From the sequence record MT446421.1: a stretch of DNA of 64,000 nucleotides. One strand, written 5' to 3'. Shown in pieces: positions 54,558-64,000 of the stretch. Every line of letters starts with the position of its first letter. Position 1 is the stretch's first letter. This stretch comes from Escherichia virus TH55. Below the pieces are notes generated by a model. The model had not been told where the DNA came from. It saw only the letters and a list, made by a program, of their open reading frames with translations, and ran no database searches. The position numbers were made by a program, and so were the translations under genes.

Positions 54558-55496
54558 ATGGCAACTGAATCATACAACCCGAAACAATTAAAAGATGCAA
54601 TCCTTCGACGTCTTGGTGCTCCAATTACGAATATCGAAGTTACGACCGAACAGGTCTATGATTGCATCCAGCGTGCATTAGAATTATATGGCGAATATCA
54701 TTATAATGGTTATAACAAAGGTTATCAGGCTTTTTATATCGGTCATGATGACGTTTCACAACAGAAATTTCGCGATGGTGTTTTCGATTTAAAAGGCCGT
54801 AATATTTTTGCAGTAACGCAGATTATTCGTACTAACGTCGGTTCATTAACTTCGATGGATGGTCAAGCTACATATCCATGGTTCACAGATTTTGTTCTGG
54901 GACTGGCCGGGATTAACGGTGGAATGGGTAGCTCATGTAACAGCTTTGGTCCAAATGCTTTTGGTGCAGACCTTGGTTATTTTACACAGCTTATGCAATA
55001 TCGTTCAATGATGCAAGACCTGATGGTTCCGCTTCCGGATTACTGGTATAATGACGATACTGAACAACTTAAAATTATGGGCAACTTCCGTCAGGGAGAT
55101 GTGATTGTAATTGAAGTTTATACCAAATCGTATAACGGCGTGGATTCAATGGTAGGTAATACAGCTGGATATGGTTTTGCTTCGGCCGATTGTGATAATC
55201 CGTGGAATGCTGGCGCACAGTGGGATAACCCGGCACGCAGAATAAGCGGCATGAGAGCAGGTGAGGACCTTGGACTTCAAGATGGCGCATACAACAACCG
55301 TTGGGTGAAAGACTATGCCACGGCGCTCGTTAAGGAAGTTAACGGCAACGTATTGGCTAAACACCAGGGGATGATGATGCCAGGTGGTACCACGGTTGAT
55401 GGTGTTCGTTTAATTGAAGAAGCTCGTATGGAAAAAGAACGTCTTCGTGAGGAACTTGACCTGCTGGATGCACCGACTCCTATATTGGTGGGCTAA
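54558..55496 (+). CDS. 13: neck protein gp13
   Basis: 312 aa; late promoter 54532-54539; synteny wac-13-14. Confidence 0.85.
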   Translation: MATESYNPKQLKDAILRRLGAPITNIEVTTEQVYDCIQRALELYGEYHYNGYNKGYQAFYIGHDDVSQQKFRDGVFDLKGRNIFAVTQIIRTNVGSLTSMDGQATYPWFTDFVLGLAGINGGMGSSCNSFGPNAFGADLGYFTQLMQYRSMMQDLMVPLPDYWYNDDTEQLKIMGNFRQGDVIVIEVYTKSYNGVDSMVGNTAGYGFASADCDNPWNAGAQWDNPARRISGMRAGEDLGLQDGAYNNRWVKDYATALVKEVNGNVLAKHQGMMMPGGTTVDGVRLIEEARMEKERLREELDLLDAPTPILVG

Positions 55497-56281
55497 TGGC
55501 TACTTATGACGCAAGATTATTCGCCCGGCTCGAAGACGGGACCGGGTATGACAATACCAATGCTACAGAGATATTGAACCCTTATGTAAACTTTATGCAT
55601 CATGAAAATACCCAGACTTTAGCCGATGCTATTGTTGCTGAAAGTATTCAGATGCGCGGAATGTCTCTTTATTATATCCCAAGGCAATTCGTTAAACCGG
55701 ATTTGTTATTTGGTGAAGACCTCCAGAGTAAATTTGATAAAGCATGGAAATTTGCTGGATATCTGGATACGTTCGATGCATATCAGGGTGATGGTTCTAT
55801 CTTTAGTAAATTCGGTATGACTGTGAACGATGAAATTACAATATCCATTAACCCTAATCTGTTTAAACACCAATGCAATGGAACTGAACCTATTGCCGGG
55901 GATTTGATTTATTTCCCTCTTGATAACAGCCTGTTCGAAATTACATGGGTGCAACCTTATGACCCATTCTATCAGGTAGGTCAAAATGCTATCCGTAAAA
56001 TCACCGCGAGCAAATACATTTACTCCGGAGAAGAGCTTAAACCCGAATTGCAACGAAATGAAGGTATTAATATTCCAGAATTCAGTGAGCTCGATTTACA
56101 ACCAATCCACAATATCGATGGTCTTACAGATATCAGCGATATCCCTTATGCTGAATCCAATGAGATTAACGCAGAAGCAGCTGAATATGTTAAACCATAT
56201 TTTGTGCAGAATGGTCGTGGACTTGAGGCTCCACCTAAGGCAAAACAGGATAGCTTTGACGATAGTTTCTTTGATGAATAA
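55496..56281 (+). CDS. 14: neck protein gp14
   Basis: 261 aa; ATGA coupling with 13. Confidence 0.85.
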   Translation: MATYDARLFARLEDGTGYDNTNATEILNPYVNFMHHENTQTLADAIVAESIQMRGMSLYYIPRQFVKPDLLFGEDLQSKFDKAWKFAGYLDTFDAYQGDGSIFSKFGMTVNDEITISINPNLFKHQCNGTEPIAGDLIYFPLDNSLFEITWVQPYDPFYQVGQNAIRKITASKYIYSGEELKPELQRNEGINIPEFSELDLQPIHNIDGLTDISDIPYAESNEINAEAAEYVKPYFVQNGRGLEAPPKAKQDSFDDSFFDE

Positions 56282-56324
56282 ATACATTTATTAATGCGCC
56301 CGAACTGGGCGCCTGGAGGTTACT

Positions 56325-57196
56325 TTGTTTGGGCATTTTTATAATTCGTCTCTGCGTCGCTATATCGTTTTAATGGGCGATTTATTTTCCCATGTACAAG
56401 TGGCCAGAACCAGAGAAGACACTGGACTTAAATATATTAAGGTCCCTATTTCTTATGCTTCAAAAGAAAAATTCATGATGCAGCTTGGAAAATGGACCGC
56501 TATTCAGAATACACCGACTCCTGACATGTCACCACAAGAACGTGCTGCTCAGAAGGCTAAAATCGAGACCATATTGCCCCGTATGAACCTACATATGGTT
56601 GACTTGATGTATAATGGGCAATATAAAACGGCTCTCCAGAATCACACACAGGCGCGATTTGCTAATAACGACCCTCGCAAGCAGATATCTCAATATTCTC
56701 CTGTACCGGTCAAAATGATTTTCGAGCTTGGAATATATACAAGGCATCAAGATGATATGTTCCAGATTATCGAACAAATCATGCCTTACTTCCAGCCACA
56801 TTTTAATACAACCATCACTGAACTTTATACGAATGAAATTACGTTCGAACGTGATATAAGAATCGTATTGCAGTCCATAGCAATGGATGAGCAAATTGAA
56901 GGTGATGCAATGACTCGTCGTAGACTCGAATGGTCCATTATGTTCGAAGTTAACGGTTGGTTATATCCACCGGTCAAGGAAGTAGCCGGGGAAATCCGTA
57001 CTATCTATCTTGACTTCTTTGCAAATTCCAGAGAGCTTGCACCGGAGGGCAATTTCGAATCTGTTGACTCGGAAGCTGTTCCACGAGACGTCGACCAAGA
57101 AGACTGGCAAGGTGAATCTGTTCAAACATATTCGCAGGATATTCCTGTACCGGTTGACCCAGCACCGCCAGCCCCAAGAAAAAATAGGGTACCACT

Positions 57197-57200
<4 letters not shown>
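56325..57200 (+). CDS. 15: tail sheath stabiliser / tail terminator gp15
   Basis: 291 aa; ORF-track start is a TTG at 56325 preceded by GGAGG (56314-56318). Confidence 0.8.
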
Positions 57201-59507
<2,307 letters not shown>

Positions 59508-59536
59508 AAGTAAAGCAAACTATTAGAGGACTCAAA

Positions 59537-61516
59537 ATGGCTTTATTATCCCCGGGCATTGAGCTCAAAGAAACAACGGTACAAAGCACTGTTGTTCGTA
59601 ACGCGACGGGTCGTGCGGCGCTGGTTGGTAAATTCCAGTGGGGCCCAGCTTTCCAGGTAACTCAAATTACAAACGAAGTTGAACTTGTTGATTTGTTTGG
59701 TGGTCCGAATAATGAAACAGCAGATTACTTTATGAGTGGGATGAACTTCCTGCAATATGGTAACGACCTCCGTACTGTACGTGTTGTTAACCGTGACGAA
59801 GCTAAAAACGCATCCCCTATTGCTGGCAATATTGAAACTACCATCGTAACTGCTGGTACAAACTATGCTGTCGGTGATGTTATTCAGGTTAAACACAACC
59901 AGACTGTTGTTGAACCGGCTGGCCGTGTGACCAAGGTCGACGTTGATGGTAAAATTCAGGCAATCTTTATTCCTACCGATAAGATTATTGCATTTGCCAA
60001 AACTATTAACCAGTATCCTAATTTAGGTAGTGCATGGACTGCAGAAGTTACAACCACTTCTTCTGGCGTATCTGGTACCATCACCGTTGGGAAAATTGTT
60101 ACCGATTCTGGCATTCTGTTGACTGAAGCAGAAAATAGTGAAGAAGCAATTACTTCTCTGGAATTCCAGGCATCATTAGCAAAATATGCAATGCCAGGTG
60201 TTGTTGCTCTTTATCCAGGTGAAATCGGTTCGACTCTGGAAGTTGAAATCGTATCTAAAGCTGAATTTGAAAAAGGCGCAGCTGCAAATCTGAATATTTT
60301 CCCGGGCGGCGGAACGCGTGCTTCTGTGGCTCGTGCCGTGTTTAACTATGGCCCACAGTCTGAAAACCAATATGCAATTATCGTTCGCCGCGATGGTGCA
60401 ATCGTCGAAAACGTTGTTTTGTCTACCAAGCAGGGCGAAAAAGATGTTTACGGTAATAACATTTACTTGGATGACTACTTTGCAAAAGGTACTTCCAACT
60501 ACATCTATGCAACATCTCGCAACTGGCCTGCAGGCTTCAGTGGTATCATCAATCTGTCAGGTGGTATTTCTGCAAACGATAAGATTACCGCTGGTGATTT
60601 GATGCAAGGTTGGGACCTGTTTGCTGACCGTGAAGCACTGCATATTAACCTGCTTATCGCTGGTGCAGTAGCTGGTGAAGGTGATGCAACCGCTTCCACT
60701 GTTCAGAAACACGTGGTTTCTATTGCTGACGAACGTCAGGATTGTCTGGCATTTATTTCCCCGCCGAAAGGTCTGTTGGTTAACGTTCCTCTGACCCGTG
60801 CAGTGGATAACCTGATTGACTGGCGTACAGGTGCTGGCGCATTTGATACTGATAACATGAATATCAGCACGACTTATGCAGCGATTGATGGCAACTATAA
60901 ATATCAGTATGATAAATATAATGACGTTAACCGTTGGGTTCCTCTGGCAGCTGATATGGCTGGTCTGTGTGCTCGTACTGATGATGTTTCTCAGCCTTGG
61001 ATGTCTCCGGCTGGTTATAACCGCGGTCAGATTCTGAACGTTCTGAAATTGGCTGTTGAACCACGTCAGACCCAACGTGACCGCATGTATCAAGAAGCTA
61101 TCAACCCGGTTGTTGGTTTCGCAGGTGGTGATGGTTTTGTTCTGTATGGTGATAAGACTGCAACTAAAGTTCCATCTCCGATGGACCATATTAACGTTCG
61201 TCGTCTTACGAATATGCTGAAGAAAAATATCGGTGATGCATCCAAATATAAACTGTTTGAGCTTAACGATAACTTCACTCGTGCATCATTCCGTATGGAA
61301 ACTTCTCAATACTTGGATGGTATTCGTGCACTTGGTGGCATTTATGAAGGTCGTGTAGTTTGTGATACTACTAACAACACCCCGTCGGTCATAGACCGAA
61401 ATGAGTTTGTTGCTAGCATTTATTTTAAACCTGCGCGCAGCATCAACTACATCACTCTTAACTTCGTAGCCACTAGCACTGGTGCTGATTTTGATGAGCT
61501 GATTGGGCCACAATAA
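59537..61516 (+). CDS. 18: tail sheath protein gp18
   Basis: 659 aa (same as T4 gp18); late promoter 59500-59507. Confidence 0.93.
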   Translation: MALLSPGIELKETTVQSTVVRNATGRAALVGKFQWGPAFQVTQITNEVELVDLFGGPNNETADYFMSGMNFLQYGNDLRTVRVVNRDEAKNASPIAGNIETTIVTAGTNYAVGDVIQVKHNQTVVEPAGRVTKVDVDGKIQAIFIPTDKIIAFAKTINQYPNLGSAWTAEVTTTSSGVSGTITVGKIVTDSGILLTEAENSEEAITSLEFQASLAKYAMPGVVALYPGEIGSTLEVEIVSKAEFEKGAAANLNIFPGGGTRASVARAVFNYGPQSENQYAIIVRRDGAIVENVVLSTKQGEKDVYGNNIYLDDYFAKGTSNYIYATSRNWPAGFSGIINLSGGISANDKITAGDLMQGWDLFADREALHINLLIAGAVAGEGDATASTVQKHVVSIADERQDCLAFISPPKGLLVNVPLTRAVDNLIDWRTGAGAFDTDNMNISTTYAAIDGNYKYQYDKYNDVNRWVPLAADMAGLCARTDDVSQPWMSPAGYNRGQILNVLKLAVEPRQTQRDRMYQEAINPVVGFAGGDGFVLYGDKTATKVPSPMDHINVRRLTNMLKKNIGDASKYKLFELNDNFTRASFRMETSQYLDGIRALGGIYEGRVVCDTTNNTPSVIDRNEFVASIYFKPARSINYITLNFVATSTGADFDELIGPQ

Positions 61517-61573
61517 TTATCATCGCTTAGAATGAATTAATCAGTTAGAAACCGTAGAACCATTATACAGTGA

Positions 61574-61581
61574 TATAAATA
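61574..61581 (+). promoter_or_regulatory. late promoter TATAAATA (gene 19, distal)
   Basis: Exact consensus in loop of inverted repeat CCGTAGAACC/GGTTCTACGG (61552-61602). Confidence 0.5.
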
Positions 61582-61660
61582 AAAGCATAATCGGTTCTAC
61601 GGGCTCCTGTGGTTGATTCTGGGAAGCCATTATCTTGAGATGATGAATCATATTACCTAG

Positions 61661-61668
61661 TATAAATA
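61661..61668 (+). promoter_or_regulatory. late promoter TATAAATA (gene 19, proximal)
   Basis: Exact consensus about 53 nt upstream of gp19 start at 61721. Confidence 0.6.
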
Positions 61669-61720
61669 CATGCATCAGGGACGCGTTCGCGCGACCTGTG
61701 TCTATAAAGAGGATTCCTTA

Positions 61721-62212
61721 ATGGAGTTGACCGATATCACACGCGCTTTCGAATCCGGCGACTTTGCTCGCCCTAACCTGTTCGAAGTCGAAATCCCATT
61801 CCTGGGTAAAAACTTTGCTTTCCATTGTAAAGCAGCCCCGATGCCAGCAGGCATTGTAGAAAAAGTTCCTGTCGGTTACATGAACCGTAAAATCAACGTT
61901 GCGGGCGACCGTACATTTGATGACTGGACTATTACGATTTATAACGACGATGCTCATAAAGTTCGTCAAGCAATTGTTGATTGGCAAAACCTGTGTCACG
62001 GTATGACTAACGAAATCACCGGTGCAGCTCCTGCTGATTATAAGAAAACCGCTACTGTTCGTCAGTTCCATCGTGATGGTAAGACCGTTACGAAAGAAGT
62101 TGTTATTACCGGCATGTGGCCAACCAACGTTGGGGAAGTCCAGATGGATTGGGACAGTAACAACGAAATTGAAACGTTCGAAGCAACGTTCGCAATTGAC
62201 TGGTGGGAATAA
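61721..62212 (+). CDS. 19: tail tube protein gp19
   Basis: Start at M18 (MELTDITRAF, SD AAAGAGGA) gives 163 aa = T4 gp19; the ORF-track ATG at 61670 abuts the late promoter. Confidence 0.88.
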   Translation: MELTDITRAFESGDFARPNLFEVEIPFLGKNFAFHCKAAPMPAGIVEKVPVGYMNRKINVAGDRTFDDWTITIYNDDAHKVRQAIVDWQNLCHGMTNEITGAAPADYKKTATVRQFHRDGKTVTKEVVITGMWPTNVGEVQMDWDSNNEIETFEATFAIDWWE

Positions 62213-62213
62213 G

Positions 62214-62221
62214 TATAAATA
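62214..62221 (+). promoter_or_regulatory. late promoter TATAAATA (gene 20)
   Basis: Exact consensus directly after gp19 stop; followed by UUCG hairpin 62230-62247. Confidence 0.6.
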
Positions 62222-62229
62222 AAGTTATT

Positions 62230-62247
62230 ATGAGGCTTCGGCCTCAT
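62230..62247 (+). other. UUCG-tetraloop hairpin in gene 19-20 intergenic leader
   Basis: AUGAGGC-UUCG-GCCUCAU, 7-bp stem; only a short U-rich tail follows. Confidence 0.45.
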
Positions 62248-62269
62248 TTCCCAAACTTCGGAGACTCTA

Positions 62270-63844
62270 ATGGCAGGTTTTAACACAATACTAAATTTTC
62301 TTAAGCCTTGGGCTAAAGAAGATGAACAAGAATATAAGCAACAAGAAAAAAATAATTTAGAGTCAATGACCGGGCCGAAGTTTGACGATGGGGCTCGCGA
62401 AATTGAGTCACAAGAACAAAACGTCCCGTATAATGCATTGATGCAACAGATGTTCGGGAGTAATGAACCTGAAGTAAAAAATACCAGGGAATTAATTGAC
62501 ACCTACCGCAACTTACTAAATAATTATGAAGTTGATAACGCGGTGCAAGAAATTGTGTCTGATGCTATCGTTTTTGAAGACGGTAAAGATGTTGTAGCTC
62601 TTAATCTTGATGCTACCGAATTTAGTCAGAAAATTAAAGACCGAATCCTCGAAGAATTCGCGGAAGTTAATAACCTCCTTAATTTCGAGCGTAAAGGTTC
62701 TGACCACTTTAAACGTTGGTATGTGGATTCTCGAATTTTCTTCCACAAAATTATCAACCCTTCAAAACTTAAAGATGGAGTTCAAGAACTTCGTCGCCTT
62801 GACCCAAGACAAATCCAGTTCATCCGTGAAATCGTTACACGCATGGAAAATGGCACAAAAATTGTCGACGGTTACAGAGAATATTTTGTATACGATACTG
62901 GCCACGAAAGTTATTGTGCCGATGGTCGTATATATGAAGCAGGTACTAAAATAAAAATTCCTCGTGCGGCGATTGTATATGCGCATTCTGGATTACTCGA
63001 TTGCTGTGGCAAGAATATCATCGGATACTTACAACGAGCAATTAAACCTGCAAACCAATTAAAACTATTAGAAGATGCTTTAGTCATTTATCGTATAACT
63101 CGTGCCCCAGACCGCCGAGTCTTTTATATCGATACTGGGAATATGCCGTCTCGTAAAGCAGCAGCACACATGCAACATATTATGAATACGATGAAAAACC
63201 GTGTCGTATATGATGCAACCACGGGTAAAATCAAAAACCAACAGCACAACATGTCAATGACAGAAGACTATTGGTTGCAACGTCGTGATGGTAAAGCAGT
63301 CACCGAAGTTGATACACTCCCGGGTGCACAAGGCATGTCGGATATGGACGATGTTCGCTGGTTTAAGAACAACCTATATCAGGCTCTCCGAATTCCATTA
63401 TCTCGTATCCCTAATGACCAAAACAGCGGCGTTATGTTTGATGCGGGCGCGACAATTACTCGCGATGAATTGAATTTCTCTAAATGGATTAGGCAGCTAC
63501 AGAATAAATTTGAAGAAGTTTTCCTCGACCCGCTTAAAACCAACCTTATCCTGAAAAAAATTATTTCAGAAGAGGAATGGGAAAAGGAACTAAATAATAT
63601 TAAAGTTACGTTCAACCGTGATAGCTATTTCACCGAAATGAAAGACGCAGAAATCATGGAACGCAGAATCAATATGCTAACGATGGCTGAACCGTTTATC
63701 GGTAAATATATTTCGCATCAAACGGCTATGAAGGACTTCCTCCAGATGTCTGATGAAGAAATTAATCAAGAAGCTAAGCAAATTGAATTGGAGTCCAAAG
63801 AGGCTCGTTTCCAAAACCCTGAAGAAGAAGAAGAGGATTTCTAA
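62270..63844 (+). CDS. 20: portal vertex protein gp20
   Basis: 524 aa (same as T4 gp20); late promoter 62214-62221, SD GGAG. Confidence 0.93.
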   Translation: MAGFNTILNFLKPWAKEDEQEYKQQEKNNLESMTGPKFDDGAREIESQEQNVPYNALMQQMFGSNEPEVKNTRELIDTYRNLLNNYEVDNAVQEIVSDAIVFEDGKDVVALNLDATEFSQKIKDRILEEFAEVNNLLNFERKGSDHFKRWYVDSRIFFHKIINPSKLKDGVQELRRLDPRQIQFIREIVTRMENGTKIVDGYREYFVYDTGHESYCADGRIYEAGTKIKIPRAAIVYAHSGLLDCCGKNIIGYLQRAIKPANQLKLLEDALVIYRITRAPDRRVFYIDTGNMPSRKAAAHMQHIMNTMKNRVVYDATTGKIKNQQHNMSMTEDYWLQRRDGKAVTEVDTLPGAQGMSDMDDVRWFKNNLYQALRIPLSRIPNDQNSGVMFDAGATITRDELNFSKWIRQLQNKFEEVFLDPLKTNLILKKIISEEEWEKELNNIKVTFNRDSYFTEMKDAEIMERRINMLTMAEPFIGKYISHQTAMKDFLQMSDEEINQEAKQIELESKEARFQNPEEEEEDF

Positions 63845-64000
63845 TGGATGATTTATTTGAAGCCATTAAATCAAACGACCTCGTAGCCGTTCGCAAATAT
63901 TTTGCTGAAAACATTGGCCCAGTATGCGGTAGTTTGATTGAAGAACGTAAGATTGAAATTGCACGTTCCATCATGATTGAAGGCGAAGAGCCTAAAGAAG
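63844..64000 (+). CDS. 67: prohead core protein gp67 (5-prime partial, runs off window)
   Basis: ATG overlapping gp20 stop (TAATG); [23 protein letters not shown]...IEGEEPKE resembles T4 gp67. Confidence 0.75.
   Translation, partial: MDDLFEAIKSNDLVAVRKYFAENIGPVCGSLIEERKIEIARSIMIEGEEPKE

Noticed and set aside
61670-61720. ORF-track start of gene 19 at 61670
   Set aside because: That ATG abuts the TATAAATA late promoter; the downstream ATG at 61721 has a Shine-Dalgarno and gives the 163-aa gp19 length.

Overview
This window is a segment of a T4-type (T-even, Tevenvirinae-like) myovirus genome; all gene calls rest on motifs read from the translations and on my recollection of phage T4 proteins and gene order, with no database search run. 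Bases 1-38600 are a minus-strand early/middle block in T4 order (nrdG, nrdD, 49, nrdC, rI, tk, regB, denV, ipII-like, e, nudE, two tRNAs, 57B, 57A, 1, 3, 2, 4), interspersed with many small ORFs of unknown function. Bases 38667-64000 are the plus-strand late morphogenesis block (53, 5, 5.4, 6-12, wac, 13-20, start of 67) with TATAAATA late promoters and hairpin terminators. The most unusual part is an expanded accessory region between nudE and the tRNAs (about 21.8-31.0 kb). It holds a tandem array of five small paralogous genes sharing a C-terminal W-x-SS-x-E-C tail, four proteins sharing a C-terminal F-I-x-E-C motif, a second paralogous pair, and many genes with an N-terminal capsid-targeting-like sequence (MKTYQEF...). 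Elsewhere there are a macro-domain protein, a pol-beta-type nucleotidyltransferase-like protein, two free-standing HNH homing endonuclease genes inserted in the 3-2-4-53 cluster, and a tandem pair of hairpins with compensatory base changes next to the tRNAs. T4-type early promoters (TGTACA/GTTTAC -35, 17 bp, TATAAT-like -10), several preceded by stem-loop terminators, recur in front of accessory genes. No CRISPR array, integrase or intron was seen.
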